The position numbers and the translations under genes are program-made. A stretch of DNA of 62,919 bases, the filler included, from Reticulomyxa filosa (lineage: Eukaryota > Protista > Foraminifera), in assembly GCA_000512085.1 (NCBI GenBank). It is 18 parts of 18 records of this genome, joined end to end, with 100 filler letters (N's around TTAATTAATTAA, not from the genome) between each part and the next. Parts side by side here need not be neighbours in the genome. Positions count along the whole stretch, not along the records: positions 49,148 to 52,546 come from ASPP01024094.1; positions 52,647 to 56,971 come from ASPP01010974.1; positions 57,072 to 59,449 come from ASPP01006182.1; positions 59,550 to 61,774 come from ASPP01019826.1; positions 61,875 to 62,919 come from ASPP01045885.1; 13 more parts are not named here. The stretch is one strand, 5' to 3'. This document shows positions 51,157 to 62,919 of the stretch, piece by piece (positions within the stretch are counted from its first letter, which is position 1; each line of letters starts with the position of its first letter). The notes beneath the pieces were generated by a model. It saw nothing but the letters and a program-made list of their open reading frames with translations. It was not told the origin of the DNA and searched no databases.

Positions 51157-52490
51157 ATGAATCGTGAAGATATGTTGAAAGCACTTCGTAAAATTCCTCA
51201 GTCCTGTGTGTATGAAGAGCACCAAGCTAAAATTCGAGGAAAAAGCGGCGGTCATATGGTGATATTGCATCCAAATGAACATGAGAAGATCAACAAAATT
51301 TATGAGAAATACAAAGAGATATCGAAAGTGATTGAAGATGTGCAAATGGAGATAACTGAATTGGAAGAAAATGGGAAAAAAGCAAAAGATAAAGTGATGA
51401 CTTGTTGTAAGTCAATAAAGTCAAGTATTGAAACCTATGAACAGCAAATGATGGAAAAAATTGAATCGTACAAAAATATGAAAAAGCAGATATTAACGGA
51501 TCATTTGAATCATCTTCACACCATTGAACAATTGTTCAAAGTCAAAAATGAAGAAATAAACCATTGTATTAATGACTCTGATATTAATATCAACGATCGG
51601 AAATTGAAATTGCAACAATTGTTGGATGACTCCTCGGTTCAAACGATATCTTGGAATAATCATGGCAAGCAAGTGGACACAGTGATTGATATTGATTCAT
51701 TTGATTCATTGTTCGATTCTGTGAAGCATTTGTTTCAACAATATATGGTCATTCACGAACGTGGCATTATCAAAATGGATCAGGTCCAACTTATTGATTC
51801 CAACAATGAAAAACCATTGATACATGTTCAATGGAATGTGGATAATATCTGTGATATGTGGAGACATGCTTGTTGTACTTATCAATTGGAAGTCGAGCCA
51901 ACACAAATGAAGAACAAGGATGTGAATATTCAGGGATGGAAAGTCATTGCACAGATCAAAGGTGAGAAAGACAAACACAATGGGAGTATTCAATATGGAG
52001 ATGAAAAAGAAAATTCATTGGAATGGGGCAATACGTATTCTCTTCGAATGCGTATTTGTGGTTGTGATGGGATATCTTATTCTCATTACAGTGATATTGC
52101 CACTTTGGAAACAAACACATTTGATTCCATTATTATCGAAAAAAAAGAGAACATGTATTGTTCTCATTCTTACCAAAGCAAAGACAAAGTAAATTATTAT
52201 TATTGTATCGAGGAAGTCGTGATGGATTTGCATCCAAAGATTTCCATAGCAAATGTGATGGAAAAGGACCCACTGTTACTGTTGTACTGTCTGACAAATA
52301 TAGTCATGTCTTTGGTGGATATACTAGTCTACCTTGGACCAGCGAAGCAGGTTGGAAAAGCGATGCTACTGCTTTTTTGTATTTGTTGCGGAGTGGGAAA
52401 GGTGATAAACCTGAGAAATGGGTCATCAACACTAATTATGAAAATCAAGCGGTTTATCATCATCCTTCTTATGGTGCACTATTCGGTAGG
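51157..52490 (+). CDS. Coiled coil, FN3-like and TLDc domain protein (frameshift in the A-run near 52140; truncated)
   Basis: LEWGNTYSLRMR...YSHYSD (FN3-like). FDSII...LLYRGSRDGFASKDFHSKCDGKGPTV...VFGGYTSLPW...DATAFLYLL (TLDc). Confidence 0.85.
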
Positions 52491-52654
52491 ATATCAAAAA
52501 AAAAAAAAAGAAAAGGAGAATATAATAATATTTTTTTTATTTTTTTNNNNNNNNNNNNNNNNNNNNNNNNNNNNNNNNNNNNNNNNNNNNTTAATTAATT
52601 AANNNNNNNNNNNNNNNNNNNNNNNNNNNNNNNNNNNNNNNNNNNNTATACATA

Positions 52655-52685
<31 letters not shown>

Positions 52686-52691
52686 ATACAG

Positions 52692-55600
52692 ATGTTAGCC
52701 ATTGTGACGGACGATTGGAATACTCTAATTTGCAGCGGTACTCCAAGCACAGTGATGGAAAAGATTGACATAGAAAGCTATTCGTTGGTGACACACAACT
52801 ACTTCCCGGATCCAATGAACTCAGAACAGCTGGTGTTATCGTATGCGAATTCCGTGGAAATCATTCATGGAGTGGAGCAGGGAGGACAGGATAATAAGTT
52901 ATTGCTGCTTGGCACAAACATGATTGGCCAGATTGAACTGCTGTCATGGGATGATCGCGTCTCGACACTCGTCCAAGAGTCGCAGTGGATCAAGGCACTT
53001 TGTTTGGTGCTCCAATTCTACGAAGTTTTGAGCTGCAAACGAACAAATACAAAAAAAAAAAAGAGTTTAAAATGATATGTTGTTATGGTAAATAGGAACT
53101 TCGACAAAGCAAAGTAATAATCACTCCAAGTGTGAAGCGTTTGGCAGGACGAATGGAAGAATTGATTATTGAGTATGCTGGCTGCGCATTGAAAGATATC
53201 AAAACTGACAATGATTTGTATTTGGTCGGAAGTATCGCCATGGATTACTGTGTTTCCACACAGCAAATGAATTTACTGTTTGGCCAAATATTCACGCAAA
53301 TGAAAGAGGCCGGAGGACGAGAAATATTCTTGCAATTGTTAGAGTCTTACATATTGTTCAATCGAGTGAACACGATTCCGACCGAAGTCATGGAGATGCT
53401 TATTGATTTCCTTGTCAGCAAACAACGTGCGGTGGAAGCAGAGAAAGTGATATTACACTTGTCTTGGGAACAATTTAACTTGGACCAATTGGTGAAAGTG
53501 TGTCGACAAAACCAATTCTTTGTCGCTTTGTGTTATATCAACAATGAAGTATTTGAAGAATTTGCTACGCCCGCACTGGACATGTTTTATACCTTTATTC
53601 AGCCCAATGAACAGTCTTTCTCCACTCTCAAAGAAATGGAGATTGTTCAACAAAAAAGCTTTTTGTTACTGCTGTACTTTCACGTCGTTTTGAATGAAAA
53701 GAGCTTTCCTTGGAAACGTCCTTTGGAAAGACCCACCAAAGCCAAACAACAAATTATCTCAGTGCTGTTTGATAAACCAAGGGAATACGTGCTGCTGAGA
53801 CATTTGTTCTCCGTTAGTTTGCAATGCACCTTGGATATTATCAAAATAATTTTCGATGATCCTTATTTGTTCTCTCTTTCCACTTCCTTTAAATCACTTC
53901 ATTCGACCACAAACAATTCCTCGTCTACATCAAACACCAGCGAGTTGTCCACGATGGTGCTTTTTTTGTTTTATTTCATTTGTTTTGTTTCCGTTTGTTT
54001 TGTCTTCTTTAAACATAAACACGTATACATGTAATACATAATTGTCTTTTACATTGCAATGCTTGCCTTAGTCCTCGAACAAACGTAACCCTCGTCTCAA
54101 TTTGCAAGTGAAAGACCTGTTGAGCAATGCGCAATTCGCGGTGATGAAAAGTGCAAAATGGGCAATGAAACTGAGTGGAAATGTCAGTTCTGAGGATTCG
54201 ACTTCCATCGGAAATCGTGATCAATCCAACGAAAATCAGAGCTTCAAACCAACTGGTGCAAACAGCAGTTATGAACCTGATCCAAGTCTAGCCACGCCAA
54301 CACGTCAAGACATGTTTAATGTATTGGTGGAACTCCTGCAAAGTGGTGACACTTTGGTCGTTGGAAAAGATAAAGTTTTCAATTTTTTTTTTTTTTATAA
54401 ATCTGAGAGGGATAGGAAAGAAATTTCTGGAAAATGATGTAACATTTGTTTTGTTTTTGTGTGGTTTTTTTTTTTTCCCCCTTCCTCCAATTCCAAGAAA
54501 GAGCAGGAGATGTTTTTTGAGTTTTGTGCACCCTATGTGGTGGCCGGCATATGCACGATGCATCCATCGTTAATGGCGTCATTGCTGACATATTATTTCA
54601 ACAGTGCCACAGTGCTGTCTAACAAAATCCAAGTGGCCGAAGATAATTTAGTAAACATTCGTAAGCGTATCGAAAAAGAAAAAAGCATTGCGAACAATGA
54701 AAAATTATTGAACGTAGTGCGAACAAGTCTAAATGATGTGGATCAATGGGTAAATGAAGAACGTTTGGTAGAACAGCAATTGAAGCAACTGGATGCGGAC
54801 AAACAGCATATTGAAGGTACGTTGTTGATTTTGCTTGGAAGGCGAATCGAAGACGAAAATGCTCGAAAAACGTTGAATATGAAGGAGTTATTGCAAAACT
54901 CGCAAAATGCAAAAGTGCATAAAGTGGAATTATATTTGTACAAACTCATTGGTGACCATGAAGCCATCGTCAATGCGTATTTGAATGATCCAGATATGCG
55001 CCTCCATGTATTTGATTATCTGCACAACTTGTATCAAGATTGTTGTGATGCCAAAGCGTATGCTTTTTTAATATGTATATGTGTTTTATTTCATTTATAT
55101 TTATTGTGTTCGTATGACTTAAACATTTCTTTTTTTTTTTTTTCTTGTTTCGCTATTTCGACACAAAACAAACAAACATTGCATATGCTGTGACACAAGT
55201 GAGTCAAGCAGCGAACTGAACTATCCTCAAAGTAGGGTTAACATTCGAAACGTAATCGAACTCGTGTCAAGAAGAATGAAGCTGTTAGTCGACATTGACC
55301 CAGTGAGGACCGCCATACTTGTGTTTACGGTGATGCCCGAGACGTATAGTGAGGCAATTGTCTTTTTGGAAAAGTCTCCTCAGCAACAGTATCTACTGAT
55401 GAAAACAATTAGTAATACGCTCTTCCAACTGCAAGAAGCACGACTTAGAGCTTCTGGAAAACGCGTTTCTTCTAAAAATGAGAGCAAATTGTCCTCAGAC
55501 TTGGACAACGAGCAAGGCTCAAATGTACAGCAGTCAAGTTTAATTTAATACTTTATATGTATATGTGTATACATGTATATGTATATATATGTATATATTT

Positions 55601-56954
55601 TATCTTTCCCAATTAACAAAATGAATCTTGTGTGTATAACAATGGAAAATTGTTATCAGATGAATACATGCGTAAACTGCAAGAGTTGTTGAAGCATCAC
55701 AAGATCGAATTTGATATGAATCTTCACGAGTTATACATACATTTGCTATGTCAATTTGACAAAAAAAGCGTATTGGATTATTTGCAAGAAAACACAGATA
55801 AGTACACGATCCCCAATGCACAACGTTCATGTGAGCGAGGAAAAGTGCTGGACGCCAGCGCTTATCTGCAAGAGCGCTCAGGTGATCCCAAGGGGGCACT
55901 TGACTTGTACATTAAATCTATTAAAAAATGTGTTGACGAATTATGGGTTATTTACCAGCAACATGAATCTCTCTTGCCAGAGGGTGTTAATCGTGTTAAA
56001 GTTAGCAAAACACAAATGCACATATTTATTTATTTATTTTATTTTTTTTTTTTGTTCTTTGATTGAGTCTGGAATATATTTGAATATGTTTTATCGTAGT
56101 TGTCAGGTTATGGAAGAGCAGAATCTTCAATGGGATTAATGGTAAGTTTGACTGAAAAAATCAAAGATGCCTCAGCAAGCATTGATCAATTGGAGTTAGC
56201 AATTGCATTGTGTCGTCGTCAAACACTAGTTTTGTTACAACACATCTTAATCTGTGCTCGTGCTGCATTGTTCCACTAATACACACACTCTCTTCTGTTT
56301 ACAGAAAATATAGCCCAAAAAAAACATAAATACACATTGTTTGTTTGTGCTTATGTTTTTCGTTTATCACAGAAAGACCAAGTGAATGAGTCAACAGAAG
56401 CGTTGTGGGATTGCTTGCTGGATGAGTGCTTGTCCATTCAGCAAGATATTGCTCTAAAAGTCAATAATAATTCCTATCAGGAAAAATACTCGCATAAAGT
56501 ACGGGAAAATATGAAAACGACGGTAAGTATATTGGTTGGATGCGTACTGGAAGCAATGATGGGAATGAAAATTAATTTGAGTAAAATGTTTGCAAAAATA
56601 GTCGATAAATGTAGCTTCAATGAGTATTTACATTATCGCGACACTGTGGATGTCATGTTGAGCACGTATCAATACGAAACCAATATGCTACAAACTGCCG
56701 TTCATTTGTTCAGCCAAGGCGCATTTTCTGAGTTTGAAAAGCTCGTCAATTCGTCCAAACATTCTTTTAAGGCACCAGATGAATATTGCAAGATATGCGA
56801 AGCAAAATTGCAAGATGTTCCACTATGTCTAAGTAATATGATTGAGCAACGGAGCCCGATAAGGAAGTCACAGCTTGTTCAAATATTTGCATGTGGACAT
56901 GCTATCCATATACCTTGTCTGGTGTGTTTGCCACATTCACCTTTTTTTTTCTAA
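52692..56954 (+). CDS. VPS8: CORVET subunit VPS8, multi-exon, partial
   Basis: LLSWDDRVSTLV...WIKAL; FLQLLESYIL...EKVILHL...NLDQLVKVCRQNQFFVALCYI (Vps8 domain); CHCR-like LHELYIHLLCQF...VLDYL; C-terminal RING-H2 CKIC...FACGHAIHIPC. Confidence 0.9.
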
Positions 56955-57118
56955 CTTTTTAAAATAAAATCNNNNNNNNNNNNNNNNNNNNNNNNNNNNN
57001 NNNNNNNNNNNNNNNTTAATTAATTAANNNNNNNNNNNNNNNNNNNNNNNNNNNNNNNNNNNNNNNNNNNNAAAAAAAAAAAACAACATATTTCTATATA
57101 TGCATGTGTTTCATATAG

Positions 57119-57648
57119 GCGTGCTGTGTTTTAGTGGACACATAATTTCGGCAGTACACTTGCATCGGATTTTGAACATAATAAAAAAAACGCAATGCAA
57201 AATTGTTCTGAGCACCACGTGGAGGCTTCGAAGTGATTTGAAACAGCGCATCTTTGAGGCGTTTGCACAAGCAATGGCGGATGAAATGGACGGTGATCGG
57301 AAAGTCGAAAAAAAGGTGGACAAGAAAGTGGATGTATATGAGCATATCATTGGACAAACACCTGATTTCAGACATTTGCGACCACGAGCGTTTGAAATCA
57401 TGGCGTTCATTGATGCAGTGAAGACTTTTCCTGATTATGATTTGCGAGATTGGGTTGCAATTGATGATTCAAATTTGTATGCTGCATGCACCCAGGAAAA
57501 GTTAAAACAACAACTCAAGGACCACTTTGTTCGGTGTAATACTCATGTTGGAATCACAGAAGAAATCATGGAGACTATCATCGCCAAATTAAATCATGGC
57601 CCTGATGAATGTCATTTGTCCCGGACCGTCAATAAAATATCTTTTTGA
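57119..57648 (+). CDS. HAD_SAK_2-type phosphatase (HAD domain of Swiss-Army-knife RNA repair proteins), last exon
   Basis: (D)GVL, KIVLSTTWR, IGQTPD, RAFEIMAFI, WVAIDD and HFVRCNTHVGIT. Confidence 0.8.
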
Positions 57649-59114
57649 AAGAAATGGAGAAATAATAAAGAACCAAAATAACAATTAATCACTTTTTTGT
57701 TGGACTTTTGTGTTTTACCGTGCATTTGCTTTAATTTAAAAGTTTATTTAACCCATTTCTTGCACTGTTCTGATAGATTTTGTTTTGTTCGTTTTCTTTT
57801 GTTTTGTTTCGTTTTCTTTTGTGTTGTGGTGGGTTGGTAAGATTGTAGCAAGGATAATGAGGCTTGGTTTGTTACTGCTTTGTAACTTGACCGAAATAAC
57901 TCAACTTTGGCGGAATAATTATTGTCCACACTTCCCACCCTTTTTTTCATTTTTATCAATTGAAAATTAGGATGAAGGAATTAGGAATATTGCAACAAAC
58001 ATTAAAATTATATTTACATGCGAAAACGCTTATTTTTAAATATTTTGTCAGTTTCAAGTTTATCCGTGTCATTTGAACATTTGATCACATTTCGATCTTT
58101 TAGATATATCTGTGTATTTATGCAATTGTTGCATATCCGTTATGGTTAACATTGGGGTGTGCCCTTGTTAACAATTTTAAATTAACTGATTTTCTTTGCT
58201 TGGCTGTGAGTTTTTGCTTATATGCTCCTTCATACAATAGTTGTAGGAATTTACCCGTTGAAATATCAATCTCTTTATCTTTGACTCAGCATTGATCATA
58301 TTTGAACAGCGCGCTATTTTTCTTTTTGTTCCTGCTGTTTGTGTTTGTGAATCCTTTATGGCAGGTTTATTTTTAATTCAAATTTCTCTGATGTTACCAT
58401 CAGCCTTAAAAAAACAAGTAAAAAGCCAAATTTTTAACAAATATTACTAAAACACTATTTATAAATTTTTCTTTTAACTGAATTAATGATACAAGAAACG
58501 AAAGGTGGCTGATCATTCCAAACCTGAAAACTTGCAAGATCAAACAAAAACAAAAGAAGATACACAGAGACGGTATACGTTACTTGAAGCAATGACAAAT
58601 GACAAATATTGATGAATCTGTGTAATCTCTTTAATACGTTTAAACGACTGATGAATGACAATTTTACTGACTAAAAAATGATGCAAGAAAGTGGTCTAAG
58701 AGAATAAAAATCGATCTTAAGCAAGTTTAACACTAAAAAACACATTACCAGCGCTCTTATCTTACTTAAAAGGGATAACAAGCCACTTGAAACGTTGTAT
58801 TGTACAAAGAAACTAAAGAAAAAAAAAGGGCACGGAGGGAATTTTTCCTTGATGTCCTGTATGATGTTTGAACAACGTTCTTTTTTGCAAAGATAAATGA
58901 GGTTGAAATTGTGTATTGTGCAAAAAAATGAAAGCAAAAAAAAGAAAATCAGGAAAATATTGGACTTCAAGCAAACAAAAAAACTCTAGGGTTAGTTAAC
59001 TTTCTGCGTACGGAGTTTTTATATTTTTTTCCTCCCCTCCCCTGCTTGCATGCATTCTTCCTACATATTAATTACACACGTGATTTATAGCAACAGTGGT
59101 TACGGAATTACTTG

Positions 59115-59347
59115 ATGTATGCATCAGCATTCCTGTTATTTTTTATCGTCGTGACGTTTCCATTGCAGATGAAGAGAGGTTTATCTGAAGTGGCTCAATT
59201 TCCTGACATTGCCCTGGTGACGCCTTCGATTCCACAAAAGGATTTATCCAAGTACAGTTTAAAAGAGCCACATTTTGTGAATCCCCTCGATTACGAGCAA
59301 GGTTGGGTGCACAAATATCCGACACCCATTGAGAATGTGCAACTAGG
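59115..59347 (+). CDS. First exon of a probable secreted protein
   Basis: Hydrophobic N-terminus MYASAFLLFFIVVTFP, followed by a GT donor and a poly-T/A intron. Confidence 0.35.
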
Positions 59348-62300
59348 TTTGGCAAAGAAAATTCGGGAAGCTTTTTTTTTTTTAAAAAAAATTTAAAAAA
59401 AAAAAAAAAAATTGCGAAGCATACAACCCAAAAAAAAAAAAAAAAAAAANNNNNNNNNNNNNNNNNNNNNNNNNNNNNNNNNNNNNNNNNNNNTTAATTA
59501 ATTAANNNNNNNNNNNNNNNNNNNNNNNNNNNNNNNNNNNNNNNNNNNNTTGTTTTGGTATTTTTGTTTCAAACAACGATGATTCGAAAATGGCACTCAC
59601 ATGTTTGGAATAATCCTGGAGAATAGATAGCAAGTGTCATAAGAGTGGAATAAAGAAACAAAGTAAAAATTAAAGAATTGGGTGTAAGTGTTAAACGAGT
59701 AAGAAAAAACATTCTTTTTTTGTATCGCAAAAACTTATGAAAGTGATGTCACTGAATAAAACGTTTCAGTCAAAGTCCTCTTTGAAAAAATAATTAAGAC
59801 TCGAATTTTAACTTTAGTTCGTTAACTTTGACAAAAGTTCAGTGATATGATATTTGGTTCAACGTACATTTGGACTGCTCAACAACATAAGTCGTATCGT
59901 TTCTTATTTTTGATTTGTTATAAAATTATTTTTTTTTCTACAATAACAACGAGTTATTTTAATTAGCAAGTTTTTTTTTTAATTCCCTTGGAAACACTAT
60001 TGAAGAAAACAGAAAAAAAACAATTAATAAATACAATTGAAAGCAAAATATCGTTTCTACAACTTTTTTTTGTGATTAAGCAAACCAACTTTTTTTCATT
60101 TAATTATGCCAAAAATCAAAGTTTTCGTTCAGTTATTTTGTTTGATATTGGGATGGCCCCCTTTGGGTAATGTTGAAAATGAAGTGTGTAGGAAATTTTG
60201 AGACCTTGGCACAGAAAACAAAGTATCTCACTGTGTTGGACGTTCGTGATTTTAGATATGAAGAAATCTTTGAAAACATCTATGTGCTGTTACAAACGTC
60301 GGTTCAAGTAAGAAAAGAATGTTACTTAAGAATTGCCACAGTTTTTACATTGCGTACAAACTACGCGCATATAGTTATAATTAATGTCAACTGGAATGTA
60401 AGAATAATTTCTGTAATTGTCAATTTTTATCATTGATATCGTCAATCTACAATTCTATGTTGAGTAATCATATGTATTCTTGATTCAGTTATTTAAAATT
60501 TTTTGTATATTTGTATCATAAAATAATCTTTCTACAATAAAATATAGGTACAATTTGTTCAATATCTTGCACTCCGAATGACCTCCATCTTGTAATTACC
60601 ACAAGCACAACAATTACAAAGTTTGGCTCAATACAAATAAATAGTATATGATTTCCTCTTCCAAGATAAGATTTTGTAAATATGTTATCTTTTTATTTGA
60701 TAGATTATCAACGGAAATAAAATTTAGTTTCACCAACATGGAAATCTTATTTATCGAAAATTAAAATCTGAACTCTTTTGACATTACTGAAGTAATCAAT
60801 TGATGTAAAATCTTGATTACATTGACTAACAACTCAGCAAAAATTCGATTATCAATCATATGAAAAATTAAAGAAAATCATTTTTCAGTTTTAAAATTTT
60901 TCTTTCAAAAATTACAAAGTTTTTATTTGTCCACAACATCAAAATAATTTAACAAATTAATTGCGCACATTTTTAATTTTTCTTATTAGTCCTTTAAAAT
61001 TTGATACAATACTTGAAACAATATGGATAATTGAAAAATATATCAACTAAAGAATTGAATTAATACAATTTAATTAAATAATGCAAAAAGGAAAAGTTGC
61101 TGTTTTCGGATTCAATAAAACATATATATTCATTTGATTTTTCTACTTGACAAATAGATTAAATATCAATCAATATTTTTAAAAATTGCTAGATGATGCT
61201 TTGGCTTTTTGTTTAAAACAAAAAATAATTTGAAAGTGACATTCACATATTGGAAGAATCATGGAGAATAGAGTCAGGAGAGTGGAATGAAGAAATACAA
61301 ACGCTCAAATTAAAGAATTGACTACAAGTGTTAAATGAAGAAGAAAAATCATTCCTTCTCTTTGCATTGCAAAAACTTTTAAAAGTGATGTAACTGCAAA
61401 ATTGTTGATCAATAATTAAAATCTGAATTTTTATGAACATTCACAAAATGTTTTTACACTACAGAAATATCAATCAATTCAATTGATATGTAAAAAAATT
61501 GTTAAAACAAGCGCAATAAAAAATTACAACCAACAAATTTTATCAACACTGAACATAACAAATTAATTGGTTCATGCTTTTGGTTATTGATAAATGAAAT
61601 AACGATTTTAATCTTTTAAATCTAATATAGGATATAACATTTAAAAAAGGTAAACTAAACAATTGAATACTACAAACATGAAGAATTTCTATTTTTTGAT
61701 TCAATCATAGTACCATTGCAGAAATATATACTATATGATATTTCAGAACAACATATCTCGAAATATCATTAAACNNNNNNNNNNNNNNNNNNNNNNNNNN
61801 NNNNNNNNNNNNNNNNNNTTAATTAATTAANNNNNNNNNNNNNNNNNNNNNNNNNNNNNNNNNNNNNNNNNNNNAAGTACATTGCGTTTGGTATTGCAAT
61901 TACAAGGCGGTACCATGCGAATGTAAGTTGTAGATGTTTTTATAAATAATTTTTATAATCTAATTCTGTAAAAAAAACAGTATTAATAATAATGATAATA
62001 ACAACAGACACGCAAAAGCGAAAGAGTGGCACTTCAACTCGTCGATTGACGGACGATACCTCTGATTGTATGGACTCAAACGACAGCCTGCAGGCGAGGC
62101 CAGCGCTAAAGCCGAAGAAAAAGGAAGATAATGAAGCTACTACATTGAACTCGAGCGAAATGTCAGGTACCAAATCGACATGCGCGAATTATAACTCATT
62201 GTTGTCTTGTCAGTACCAATATCAATACCAACAAGGCCACGGCCAAAGCGATATTGCTAAAGACGGCGACAAACCAAAAATAAAGTACTAAGAAATCCAG

Positions 62301-62919
62301 GAAAGCGACAACGATGAAGATATCAACAACAGCGAAGTGGTAGTGAAAGCGAAAATGCGCAATTGAATATTTCTTCTTCGTCGGTATCGTCTGCTGATTT
62401 AGAATAGTCGTCCTGGTTTACAAAGTGTGACAGCGCAACAAAACGAACCGGAAAAGTCCGTACGCAAAGAAAAAGGTCAATCCAAACATAGAGTAGCCAA
62501 CACCACAACAGCAATTCCAATGGCCGTGACTTCTTTGATCCTATGCATTTAAGGTTATTCTAGCCTTTGTCAACATTGACACCTCTTATCATAATAAAAC
62601 TTACATACACATATCAATTGAACATATTGCAACGAATGACAGGCTAAATGAAATGAGAAAGGAAATCTGTTATAGCAGTCTGTGAGTGATACTGTTGACA
62701 GTAACACAAAATGGACGAACCAACATATACTGAGCATGAACTTGATACATCCAGCAAAAAGAAAAGAGTCTAGTCGTTTGACGATCATAGTGATAGCCAC
62801 AAAAAGGGATATGAAGAAATACAGTATGTTGCAAAGAAAACTGAACGCATAAAACGGTATCATATGATGATAATTGATTTTCTACATGAAAAATCAACAT
62901 TTAGACCTAATTTTTTTTT

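Noticed and set aside
14485-52150. Single-base frameshifts in PTC7 (~14493), EHD (~22282), nuoG (~29362), the DSD1-like gene (~42210) and the TLDc gene (~52140) as programmed frameshifting or insertional RNA editing
   Set aside because: Each is repaired by changing the length of a base run, there is no shared slippery motif, and the unrelated bacterial contig has the same defect. This points to homopolymer sequencing error; raw reads versus cDNA would settle it.
59550-62919. Short ORFs in the last two contigs, and in the AT-rich contig 32451-33577
   Set aside because: Interrupted by stops with no motifs. No tRNA, rRNA or snoRNA could be supported by eye.

Overview
This window is not one locus. 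It is 18 assembly contigs joined by 17 identical artificial 100-nt linkers (N44-TTAATTAATTAA-N44, stops in all six frames), so adjacency across a linker has no biological meaning. Most contigs come from an AT-rich, intron-rich, gene-dense unicellular eukaryote. The poly-A/poly-T/(TA)n introns, decayed genes and homopolymer indels resemble a foraminiferan such as Reticulomyxa; that identification is inference. Recognisable genes are a UBE3B/C-type HECT E3, the cohesin loader Scc2/NIPBL, G-protein beta, PTC7 phosphatase, a TAF15/ZRANB2-like RNA-binding protein, Ulp1/SENP, EHD, PEX1, MROH1-like, NFX1-like, RPL23, a STAT-type SH2 protein, a D-threonine aldolase/D-serine dehydratase-like enzyme, a TLDc protein, VPS8 and a HAD_SAK_2 phosphatase. 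One contig (27102-29476) is bacterial nuoF-nuoG. The most interesting signals are: (1) a PHD finger inside Scc2, an architecture reported from plants; (2) several introns whose 3' ends are purine/poly-A tracts with no polypyrimidine tract; (3) a STAT-like linker-SH2 with no phosphotyrosine tail; (4) a CapZIP/FAM21-like protein with a triplicated motif; (5) a cysteine-less glutaredoxin fold; and (6) a foreign-looking intronless contig (43957-49047) carrying a 15-bp minisatellite, a fold-back element and two convergent decayed genes. Exon boundaries were read by eye and are approximate.
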